A stretch of DNA of 63,996 bases, the filler included, from Guillardia theta CCMP2712 (taxonomy: Eukaryota; Protista; Cryptophyta): NCBI RefSeq assembly GCF_000315625.1. It is 7 parts of 7 records of this genome, joined end to end, with 100 filler letters (N's around TTAATTAATTAA, not from the genome) between each part and the next. Parts side by side here need not be neighbours in the genome. Positions count along the whole stretch, not along the records: positions 1 to 10,506 come from NW_005434265.1; positions 10,607 to 16,646 come from NW_005434205.1; 5 more parts are not named here. One strand, 5' to 3'. The notes under the pieces are model-generated. The model saw nothing but the letters and a program-made list of their open reading frames with translations, was not told the origin of the DNA and made no database searches. Positions within the stretch are counted from its first letter, which is position 1, and each line of letters starts with the position of its first letter. Below are positions 1 to 10,705 of this stretch, in pieces. The position numbers were made by a program, and so were the translations under genes.

Positions 1-1354
1 GCACTCGCCATCAAGGTGACGACACGCGGCAGCTCTGAGCGAGGCTGCGAGAGCAGAGCTCCAGCTGCAGCACGCATGTGTCAAGCAGCATCAAGCGAGC
101 ATCAGTGAGCGCTAGAGCCATCAGAGCCTTCTTGGACTCCAGCTGCCATCAAGCGGCTCAAGCACCACGAGGACTGTAGAGGAGCTTGTAGACTAGCTTC
201 ACCCCTCAGCTCCTTCTCCTCTCATGCCCCTCCGTCCTCCCGCTCCCTCCCTCCCCTCCCTCCCTACCTCTCCTCACAGCACACACTCCCCTCCCCTCCT
301 CCTGCTGTTCCTCCTCCTCTCTCCTCCATCGCTCCTGCCGCTGTTGCCTCTGCCCCTCCTCCCCGTCGACCTTGTCCCTCAGAGCTCTGACAGCCTCAGC
401 TACTCTTCATCCGCGACCTCCGTCACCGCCGATCTCCATGTCAGCTCTCTCCCTCTCCTCGCATCTTTCTCTCCCGCATCAGACCTCCCAGCAGCACCCC
501 AGCACAAGTCCTGGCTACCTCTCCAGCTGCTGGGCACATGCCTCCATCTCGCTCCTCTTTCTCACTCCCTACCTCATGCTTGGATGGGTTGGAACCCCTC
601 GCATGACCCCCCACCCCTCCTTGTCCTTACCCACCCCTCTCTTCCGCTCGGGTCTGGTTAACTTCCCACACTACATCACCCCCTACTCGCATGACCCCCC
701 TACCCTCCCCGTCTCCCCTCATCTCCACCCCCTTCCGCCCCTGCCCCCGTCAGGTCTAGCCAGTCGGGCCCCGCACCCTCCCCGGCCATCTNNNNNNNNN
801 NNNNNNNNNNNNNNNNNNNNNNNNNNNNNNNNNNNNNNNNNNNNNNNNNNNNNNNNNNNNNNNNNNNNNNNNNNNNNNNNNNNNNNNNNNNNNNNNNNNN
901 NNNNNNNNNNNNNNNNNNNNNNNNNNNNNNNNNNNNNNNNNNNNNNNNNNNNNNNNNNNNNNNNNNNNNNNNNNNNNNNNNNNNNNNNNNNNNNNNNNNN
1001 NNNNNNNNNNNNNNNNNNNNNNNNNNNNNNNNNNNNNNNNNNNNNNNNNNNNNNNNNNNCGGCTTGCGCAGTAGAGCAGAAGCGAGCACTAGCCCGCATA
1101 GACAGACATGGGGATGGAGGACGAGAAGAGCTGAGAGGTAGAGAGCNNNNNNNNNNNNNNNNNNNNNNNNNNNNNNNNNNNNNNNNNNNNNNNNNNNNNN
1201 NNNNNNNNNNNNNNNNNNNNNNNNNNNNNNNNNNNNNNNNNNNNNNTACTCGACGCTCGTCTCACCGCCAGCTCTTGCCCCTAGCAGCACGAACAAGCTC
1301 TGTCCCTTCCCCGCCATCCCCGCCTCCCCTCCAGCTCTACCTCGACCCTCCCCA

Positions 1355-4317
1355 TCACTCGGCATCGCGTCGCTCGAGCACGGACCTGAGCCGTCGGCCC
1401 GCCTCAGAAGCACGGGTGTCGGGGATGTTGGGAGGCAGGGCGGCGCCTCGGAGCCGTCGGATGCGTCGGATGTTGTACGAGTTGTCACTAGCAAGACTGC
1501 TCAGAGCCTCCATCGCGCTATCCTCCAACCACCCGCTGCCCTCATGCCTTTGCATCGCCCTCACTACCGCCTCGATCGCTCCCGCCTCTCGCGCCCGCGC
1601 CTGGCTGTCAGCCATGCCCTCTGTCATGCTGCGCAAGGCCCTGCATCCGTCACGCTGTATCCATTGGTCGCCTGCGTGCGTGGACATGGCGCTGACGACG
1701 GCCTCGATCGCTCCCGCCTCCCGCGCCCGCGCCTGGCTCTCTTTGATGCGACTGACGGTATGTCTCAGGGCCCTGCACGCAGCCTGCTGTACGCTACCGT
1801 CGTCCGCGTGCCTGGACATCGCCCTCACTACCGCCTCGATCGCTCCCGCCTCGCGCGCCCGCGCCTGACTGTCTGCCATGCCCTCCGTCATGCTCTCAAG
1901 TGCTTCACAGGAAGATCCTTGTACCCCAGCGTCTTCCGCGTGTCTGGTCATGGCGCTGACGACGGCCTCGATCGCTCCCGCCTGCATGGCCGGGAGCTTG
2001 TTCTGCTCGTGGCTCTCGGCTATCGCTGTCATCACCTCGCATAGACCTTGCTGTATCTTCGCGTTGCTCTGGTGCCTGGTCATGGCGCTGACGACGGCCT
2101 CGATCGCTTTCGCATCTCTCGCTGTGCCCTGGTATCGGAAGTACTGCATTGTGTACTTCAGGGCCCAGCACGCAGCCTGCTGCACTTTCGAGTCGTCCGC
2201 GTGCTTATCGAGGCATCTCATGACGGCCTCGATCGCTCCCGCCTCCCCCGCCCGCGCCTGGCTCTCCTCCCTGAAGCTGATAGTGTAGTCCAGGGCCTCN
2301 NNNNNNNNNNNNNNNNNNNNNNNNNNNNNNNNNNNNNNNNNNNNNNNNNNNNNNNNNNNNNNNNNNNNNNNNNNNNNNNNNNNNNNNNNNNNNNNNNNNN
2401 NNNNNNNNNNNNNNNNNNNNNNNNNNNNNNNNNNNNNNNNNNNNNNNNNNNNNNNNNNNNNNNNNNNNNNNNNNNNNNNNNNNNNNNNNNNNNNNNNNNN
2501 NNNNNNNNNNNNNNNNNNNNNNNNNNNNNNNNNNNNNNNNNNNNNNNNNNNNNNNNNNNNNNNNNNNNNNNNNNNNNNNNNNNNNNNNNNNNNNNNNNNN
2601 NNNNNNNNNNNNNNNNNNNNNNNNNNNNNNNNNNNNNNNNNNNNNNNNNNNNNNNNNNNNNNNNNNNNNNNNNNNNNNNNNNNNNNNNNNNNNNNNNNNN
2701 NNNNNNNNNNNNNNNNNNNNNNNNNNNNNNNNNNNNNNNNNNNNNNNNNNNNNNNNNNNNNNNNNNNNNNNNNNNNNNNNNNNNNNNNNNNNNNNNNNNN
2801 NNNNNNNNNNNNNNNNNNNNNNNNNNNNNNNCGCAGCCTGCTGTACCTCCGCGAGAGCCTCGTACGTCCTCATGTCCTGCATCACCGCCTCTATGCTGTC
2901 GTCAGCTCCCGTCCTCAGCAGCCTCCATGCCTCCCTTGCCGGCTGCTCCGTCCCGCTTCCGTCTTGTGCCCCTAGCGCTGCCGCGNNNNNNNNNNNNNNN
3001 NNNNNNNNNNNNNNNNNNNNNNNNNNNNNNNNNNNNNNNNNNNNNNNNNNNNNNNNNNNNNNNNNNNNNNNNNNNNNNNNNNNNNCGCCACCGCCTCGAT
3101 CCCTCCCCCCGCTGCCTCTCCGATCCTTCTCCATGCAGCTTCTGCCATGCTGCGTATGCCTCGGCATAGCGACTGGTTGCCGGCCCCTGCCCGCTGCTGT
3201 CCAGGCGTCCTGTCTGACCATGTCCATGCAGCAGCCCCCTCATCCCCCTCGGCTCCGGCTCTTCCTACAGCTACCGCAAGCTCGGCGAACCTCGGGCGGT
3301 CCTCCTCCCTCGTCGCCCAGCAGCTCTCCAGCAGGGCCCACAACCCGTCCGGGCACCCTCCGAGGAGGTGCTCTCGAGGCAGCCTCCCACCCCCGCACAC
3401 GTACCCGATCACAGTCGGGTCCGTCATGGGGTAGTAGGGGGTCATGCCCGAGGTCAGGATCTCCCAGCACGTGACCCCGTAGGCCCACACGTCGCTCTTC
3501 TCCGAGCACCGGCCTCTCTGCATGGACTCTGGGGGCATGTAGCGCACCGGCAGCGCTCGCCCCGCTACCCTCCCGTCACTCCCGTCCACCAGCTCCCCTG
3601 CCCGCCCGTACCCCGCCACCTTCACCGACGTCCTCCTCACGTCCTTCTTGTCGAAGCCCATGACCAGCACGTGCCGAGCCGCGAGGTCCCGGTGCACGAC
3701 CCGCTGCTCAGCCAGGTGCTCCATGCCCTGCGCGATCTGCTCCATCATCGCCGTCTGGTGCCCTCGTGTCACCTGCCCCGCCAGCCTCCCCAGCAGAGCC
3801 TCCCTCAGCGACCCCAGCTCGGCGAGCTCGGTCAGCAGCAGGGGACAGCCGTCGGCGTCGTGGCTCTGCCCCATGTAGCGTACAAGCCGAGGATGCGGCC
3901 CGAGTCTGAGCATGACCGCGGCTTGTCTGCCGCCGTCGTCTTGCCTGAGCTTGAGCACGGCTACCTTGATCTTGCCGGGCCCTGCTCTCTTTCCTTGCNN
4001 NNNNNNNNNNNNNNNNNNNNNNNNNNNNNNNNNNNNNNNNNNNNNNNNNNNNNNNNNNNNNNNNNNNNNNNNNNNNNNNNNNNNNNNNNNNNNNNNNNNN
4101 NNNNNNNNNNNNNNNNNNNNNNNNNNNNNNNNNNNNNNNNNNNNNNNNNNNNNNNNNNNNNNNNNNNNNNNNNNNNNNNNNNNNNNNNNNNNNNNNNNNN
4201 NNNNNNNNNNNNNNNNNNNNNNNNNNNNNTGGCCACCAGCACACTGACAGGGTCGGTCATGAGCGCCATGCTGATGGGGCAGATGAAGGACCGGAGCGCT
4301 CCCTGGTCCGCTGCCAT
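1355..4317 (-). CDS. U-box + TKL-type (pseudo)kinase + Armadillo-repeat protein (gapped; possible frameshift near 3230)
   Basis: ATG at 4317 gives MAADQGALRSFICPISMALMTDPV (U-box start). ORF 2972..3958 has kinase motifs HRDLAARHVLV, YMPPE and KSDVWAYGVTCWE. ORF 1355..2221 has ARM repeats (AGAIEAVVSAM..H....VQ..AC.AL). N gaps interrupt the gene. Confidence 0.75.
1550..2299 (-). repeat. 132-bp coding tandem repeats (44-aa ARM repeats)
   Basis: Anchor GCCTCGATCGCT at 1569, 1701, 1833, 1965, 2097 and 2226. Confidence 0.85.
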
Positions 4318-5389
4318 GGCGGGGCCGAGGAGCGAGGGGAGGGGAGGGGAGGGGATAGGGGGGTACGTGCAGCGAGGGAGCGAGGGGGTGCGAGGCCGGT
4401 CTAGGGAGGGGTAGGGGGTGGTACGAGGAGGGGAGAGGAGGGAGGAGGGGTGGTCCAAAAAAGAAAAGCTAATCCTACCAGCGGCTACGGGGGCAGTGTA
4501 AAACTAAAAAAAAGAAGAAGAAGTCTTGTTGCTGCCTTTTGTGTGCGAGGGTACCTTCCGGGTATGTCTTGTTGCTGCCTTTTAAGCATTTGCTGCTGAT
4601 TGGCTGAGGCGGGTGGCTTTCTACTAGGGAGAGGACCAAAGGGATCAAGGGGCTGGGCATACAGAGCTTCAGGATCGTTTAAAAGGATAGATAGCAATCA
4701 TTTCAAAGATATCTGATCAAGAAATGACAAGGTGGATGTCTGATGTGGAAAAAACGACAATGAATCCTTTGATTGTGAAGTTCAACAGGATCAATCTTGA
4801 GAACTCTTGCTTGAGTGACGTCAAGGACATTATCTTTGATAGGTACATGGAGGTAAGCAAGCCAGAGATCGAGGAATTCAACAATGCCAACTTAAGGGCC
4901 AGAATTGCTGCTCTTGGACACCTTCTGAAGAGTGCAATAGATTGTCTGCCTGCAAGACCTGCACAGATAATTATTTTGTATGGAGATGCTCTACATGTGA
5001 TGATGTGTTTGAGCACCTCGACGCGATTGAAACCGCAGTATGTCGCGATGGACGCTTGATAAAGGAGCGACACTGCAAGAGATGTGAAGCGGAGCTCGAG
5101 TTGTCATGCTGGGATTGTGGAATGGTATACAAACTGTGCAATGGATATGATGACGAGTATTGCTCATATGGCTGCAAGTCTAGAAACGCATGGTTGTAGT
5201 CAACGAGAACCCAGGGGGTACATCTTACTGACTGTGCAGCCTCATATGGTTGCTTATATGGTTGCTTATATGGTTGCATGTCTGGAGACGATTGGAGAGA
5301 TTAAACAACAAGGATCCAGGGGGTATATTTTACTAAGTGTGCACCCTGAATACAAGCTTATTGTTTGATCAATGTTTGGATGTTAATTC

Positions 5390-5600
5390 TTACAAGTCTC
5401 TAGTAAACTCCTCAGAATCTAGCCTTCTTCTCTTGTGGCTACATTGTTCATCTTCACAATCCAGCCTTCTTCTCTTGTGGCTACATTGTTCATCTTGTGT
5501 CTCGCAGCCCTTACAGTTACACCTTCCGTTGTTGTGGATGCATATAGAGCCACATCCACACTCCTTGCATTGGCTCCTTACCTATTGTGCTCATATATAG
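5390..5600 (-). pseudogene. Frameshifted remnant of a Cys-rich 'ICEHNRxRSQCKECG' repeat protein
   Basis: Minus strand reads IYEHNR, then a 1-nt shift, then RSQCKECGCGSICIHNNGRCNCKGCE, followed by a duplicated 39-bp unit (DEQCSHKRRRLD). Confidence 0.5.
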
Positions 5601-6900
5601 AGCCTTCTCTCTGTTATCTACTCTCCTCTCCGCCAGCCTTTTCCTCTGACCTGATCTTCTCTTCTCTTTGATCTGCTCTCCTTTCACCTGCTTCCCCTCT
5701 CCTCTCCTCTCGTGCAAGATCTTCTTCTCTCCGGTCAGATCTGCTCCTCGCAGTCCCTTTCTTTCCTTCTTTCCGTCTCTTTCCTTCTTCCCCCTTCTCC
5801 TCGCTCCTCCATCTCTCTTTACTCGTCCTCTCCCTTGTCCGCTCCCATTGTCATTGCACTCCACTACCTCCCTCCTGTCTATTCCTCTTCTCCGCTCTCT
5901 GCTCTCTGCTTTCCCCTGCTCTGCTCGTCTCCTCTCCTCCCCTCCTCTCTCCTCTCCTCTTCCCTTCCCTTTGCTTTTCTGATCGCCTTTCTACTCTGCT
6001 GTCTTCTCCTCTTCCATCCTTACCTCCTCTGCAAGAGGAGAAGCTCTCGCCTCCTCTCTCCTCGTCTCCTCTCTTTCGCTCTCTTTCTTTTATCCTCTCT
6101 CCTCTCCCTTGCCTCCCCGTGCGCTTCCTCTGACGGTACGCTTTTCTGTTCTTCACTTGTCTCCTCTCCCTCTCCTCTTCTCTCTCTTCCCCCGTCTCGT
6201 CTTTCTCTCTCTGCTGACAGCTGAGGCTAGAAAGAGAAGCAGCTTGACAGGGAAGAGCAACGAGAGAGCAACGAGAGAAGAGAGAAAGACAAGGGAAGGG
6301 AGAGAGAGAGAGGGTGAGAAACAGGAAATATGAACAAGCAGTAGACAACGAGAGATGTTTACAAGATAGGATGTTTGAGATGTTTAAAAGATAAGATGTT
6401 TGACATGTTTACAAGATAGGATGTTTTAAGAGAAGGTGAGAAAGGGAAAAAGGTTTCACAGAGAGAATGAAGAGAGAAAGAGCAGAATCACGACCAGCAG
6501 CCCAGATGCAGAAAGAGGGAGAGATAGAAGGATAAGACGTGAGGTATGTATGAGGAGACAGACGCGAGCGGAAACAAGAGCAGAAGAACAAGCAGAAGAG
6601 AACAAGAAATGTTTACAAGACAGACAGAAGAGAGGCAAAGGGAGACAAGCTGTCACATTGTGAAGAAGGATGATGACAAGGGAGACAGGAGCGAATTGGC
6701 CCCGAGGCCCCGGGGCCCCGGGCCGGTGCTTCAGCTACTCCCGTCCCGGGCCCGAGGAGGGACTCGGGTGAGTAGAGGATGAAAGCTGCGAGGCTGTACA
6801 AGACATGTGCTATCCGAGTCATACGGCAGTAGATGGCTCACTAGTGCAAGCACAAGCGATGAGAGGCCTAGACCAGTCTCCTCGCATGTCTCCCTAGTCA

Positions 6901-9462
6901 CTAGTAGATCCTGCACATGCTCGTCCCGCTCGAGCGACACATCGGGCATGACCTCGACGTCGCTGCCTCCTTGCAGTCCCCGCACAGACACTTGTGACCG
7001 CAGGGGACCAGCGCCCATTCAGCTCTCCGATCCATGCAGACGACGCATGGCTGCCCGCGCTCTCCGACGGCATCATCGTATCGCTGCTGAAGCTTCTTCC
7101 GCAGCTCGCTGAAGCTCGGCCGCTCCTTGATCTTCTCCCGCCAGCACTCTCGCATGATCGCATACACTGCTGGAGGGCATGCAGCAGGAGCCGCTAGTCG
7201 CTCCCCGTCCACAACCTTGGGTCCTACAAGCTCATCGTCGGTGATGGCCCAGTAAGGGACTTTGCCGTAAGTCCAGACCTCCCACAGCGTCACCCCGAAC
7301 GCCCACACGTCGCTCTTCTCCGAGTAGCGATGTCTCAGCAAGCTCTCCGGCGCCATCCATCGCGCCCGTCCAGCCCTCGAGCCTGCCGAGCTCTCGCTCC
7401 CTACCCGACTCACTCCGTCACCGCGCCAGCCCATGATCCATCGCCCGTAGTCGGCTACCTTGACCCTCACCCCGAGGTGATCCTGCCTTGCAGACTCCAG
7501 ACAAGCACGCTCCTCGCCGCCAGCTCCCGGTGTACAACATCGTGCAGCGACAGCTGCTCCATCCCGTCGCAGATCTGCCTCGCCACCTCCAGCTGCACCA
7601 GCTCGCCCATCGTCTCCTCCTCCTCCGCGAAGCTGTGCAAGGTCCTCTCGAGAGAGCCCTGGCAAGCGTACTCAGTCACCAGGCAGTAGTCGCCAGAGCT
7701 TGGCTCGACGGTGACGGCAAGGAGGCCAAGCAGGCTGCGGTGACGGCCCAGCTGGTGCCAGGTCTTGACCTCCTGCTCGAGAGCTTGTCTGCTGGCAGTG
7801 GCTCTGCTGCCTCGGATACGTAGGATGGCCACGTCAGCGGTGCTGGCGTGCGGCTGCCGCCAGCGAGCCTTGTAGATGAGCTTGGAGGAGCCTGAGCCGA
7901 CCTGACGACTGTCGACCAGGCTGTCGTAGTCCACCGATGGCACGCTTCCCAGCTGGAGACGAGAGGATCACGTCAGTCATCGACCCTCGTTAAGACACAA
8001 ACAGGACCTGAGCAACAGCGCCATGCTGGTTGTCGTCGTCAGACGCCTGCTGCTCCGCGTCTCTCTGCTGGCGCTGGCGCTTGCGCTTCTTGCTCTTGTC
8101 GCTTCTACACCTCTCACGTCGCTCGATCCCCTCCTGCGCTGGCTTGACGCTGCGTTGCAGTGCCGCTGACAGAAGCTCCCCGCTCCATAGCCGCCGCATC
8201 CAGCCCTCTATCTTGCTCGCCAGCTCCTCGTCCTGCCTCTCTCGCGCTGCCTCCGCCGCTGTTCGTCCCAGCGAGTCTCGCAGCTCCCCGAGCTCTCCGC
8301 CCCCGACCTCCAGCAGCCTCTCACAGACAGACCAGACGCCTCGCGCCGCCGCCACGTGCAGCGCCGAGCCATCGGACTCCGTGACACACTTGATAGACAT
8401 GCAGGTCACCCAAGCACTATGACCTTGTAGACCACTATGAGCTCGTACACCTAAATCAAGACAAGCCTTCTGCGTCATGCTCACAAGGTCCCACACCCTC
8501 AAGGTACTCATCCCACTCCCGCTGACAGCCGTCTTGCCGTCCTCGCTGATCGCCACGCTCGTCACCCAACCACTATGACCCTCAAGACAAGCCTTCTGCT
8601 TCATGCTCACAAGGTCCCACACCCTCATCGTCTCATCGTTACTCCCGCTGACAGCCGTCTTGCCGTCCCCGCTGATCGCCACGATCCCTACCGCTTTACT
8701 ATGACCCTCAAGACGAGCCTTCTGCGTCATGCTCCCAAGGTCCCACACCCTCAGCGTCTTATCGTCACTCCCGCTGACAGCCGTCTTGCCGTCCTCGCTG
8801 ATTGCCACGCTCCATGCGCACTCACTGTTATCTTCAAGACGAGCCTTCTGCGTCATGCTCCCAAGGTCCCACACACTCAAGGTTCTAGACCAGCTCCCGC
8901 TGACAGCCGTCTTGCCGTCCCCGCTGATTGACACGCTGTTGATCGGACCACCATCACCCTTAAGACAAGCCTTCTGCGTCATGCTCGCAAGGTCCCACAC
9001 CCTCAACGTTTCATCGTCACTCCCGCTGACAGCCGTCTTGCCGTCCTCGCTGATCGCCACGCTCCATGGCGTACTCCTATGACCCTCAAGACAAGCCTTC
9101 TGCGTCATGCTCCCAAGGTCCCATACCCTCAGCGTCTCATCCCAGCTCCCGCTGACGGCCGTCTTGCCGTCCCTGCTGATCGCCACACTCGTCACCCAGT
9201 GATTATGACCCTCAAGACAAGCCTTCTCCTCCATGCTCCCAAGGTCCCACACCCTCAGCGTCTTATCCCAGCTGCCGCTGACTATGGTCGTGACTCTCGC
9301 TGGTCCTACTGGATGCTTCTGCTTCAGTCGCTCTGCTCCTGCACTCACGGCCAGCGCTCTCACTTGGACCTCATCTCCTCTCTCGATCGCTTCGATCAGC
9401 TGCAGCCGCTTCCTCTCGTCCTCCTCCATCCTCTCCCGCTCGTCGTCGGAGACCTGGCTCAT
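6901..9462 (-). CDS. Ankyrin/WD40-repeat + TKL-type pseudokinase + C-terminal RING-HC protein (intron 7953-8007; 1-nt frameshift near 7485)
   Basis: About 7 WD40 repeats (GH....SVAIS.DGKTAVSGS.D.TLRVWDL) and ankyrin ALHVAAARG...RDSLGRTAAEAA. A phase-0 GT..AG intron joins to the kinase N-lobe (VGSGSSKLIY, HRELAARSVLV). The C-lobe (WMAPE, KSDVWAFGVTLWE) is in a shifted frame. Ends with RING CVVC..VPCGHKCLCGDC..CPMCR. Start codon uncertain. Confidence 0.8.
8410..9290 (-). repeat. 126-bp near-identical coding repeats (WD40)
   Basis: Anchor CCGCTGAC(A/G)GCCGTCTTGCCGTCC at 8519, 8645, 8771, 8897, 9023 and 9149. Confidence 0.9.
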
Positions 9463-10260
9463 CCTCCTGCCTTGCTCGTCCCTCAGTTCATACTCAGGTT
9501 GTGCGTCCAAACCTTCGCTCCTCTCGTCTCCTCTCTTTCTATCGCTTCTCTCTCCTTCTCTCTCCCTCACATCACCTGACCTCTCCCTTCCCTCTCCCTT
9601 CCCTTATCCTACCGAGCTCTGTCAGGACCCCTCCTTTCTCCCTCCCTCCCCCCCCCCACCCCACTCCCTTGCCCTCAACCCCCTGGATCTAGGGGGTGGT
9701 ACGAGGAGGGGAGANNNNNNNNNNNNNNNNNNNNNNNNNNNNNNNNNNNNNNNNNNNNNNNNNNNNNNNNNNNNNNNNNNNNNNNNNNNNNNNNNNNNNN
9801 NNNNNNNNNNNNNNGGGTCGAGAGCTCAACCCTCTTTCTCATTGAGGGTCACGTTGTCCTCCCCGGCTGCACTACAAGGGCCCGGGCCCGTGGAATGTCC
9901 CTGGCCCGGGCCCCGGGCCCGGTCTGTCAGTGACGTTGGCACGGTCCTAGGGTCTTGAGCCTCCGAGGCTCCGGTGACTGAGACTTGAAGCGGGTGATGC
10001 TGTCGCTAGATTGAGACGCGAACTTGGTGGGTGAGATGGGGCAGACAGCCAGGCGTCAGCCGGGAGACGGGCAGGTGGAGGACAAGCAGGAGAAGCTGAG
10101 AGATGGTACAGCTGGACCTGAGAGGTGAAGGAGGCGAGAGAGGACCTCGAGGACATCAGTCACCTCCGGCTCACCTCCAGCTCGCGCTCCTCTCAGGTCG
10201 ATGAAGGAGGAGGAGAAGAGGCTAGCTGATATGTCGTGCAGCAGTAAGATACAGGAGGGC

Positions 10261-10268
10261 ATCATCTC

Positions 10269-10346
<78 letters not shown>

Positions 10347-10490
10347 CGTCGTCGTCGTCGTCGTCATCATCATCATCCTGAACCTGATCCTGACCCTGAT
10401 CCTGATCCTGATCATCATCATCCTGATCATCATCATCATCATCAGCATCCTCATCATCATCATCGTCGTCGTCGTCGTCGTCGTCTTCAG
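10261..10490. repeat. Compound (ATC)n/(AGC)n/(GTC)n microsatellite
   Basis: Directly visible. Confidence 0.95.
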
Positions 10491-10506
10491 AGGTAGTTCT
10501 TATCTG

Positions 10507-10606
10507 NNNNNNNNNNNNNNNNNNNNNNNNNNNNNNNNNNNNNNNNNNNNTTAATTAATTAANNNNNNNNNNNNNNNNNNNNNNNNNNNNNNNNNNNNNN
10601 NNNNNN
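10507..10606. other. Artificial scaffold-joining spacer (N-run + TTAATTAATTAA + N-run)
   Basis: The 12-mer at 10551-10562 has stops in all six frames; the same 100-nt spacer recurs six times. Confidence 0.97.
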
Positions 10607-10705
10607 AGTAAAAGATGAGGCTAACTACGGGTATGATGAAGAGTCTAAAATCCATATCCGCATGATCATCGATGATGGCTGGCATAGTGACACGGACGCC
10701 GCGTA

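Noticed and set aside
5600-6660. Pyrimidine-rich then purine-rich tract as a foldback element
   Set aside because: Low-complexity CT/GA sequence with no specific arm identity; similar tracts are common across the window.
10056-10554. Poly-Met/Ile/Ser ORFs (also 41343-41714, 53746-54500, 62361-62711)
   Set aside because: Trinucleotide microsatellites that lack stop codons; mostly intronic.
10551-10562. TTAATTAATTAA as a biological palindrome or piggyBac TTAA site (also five other copies)
   Set aside because: It is always centred in a 100-nt N spacer and gives stops in all six frames. It is an assembly linker, so adjacency across it is meaningless.
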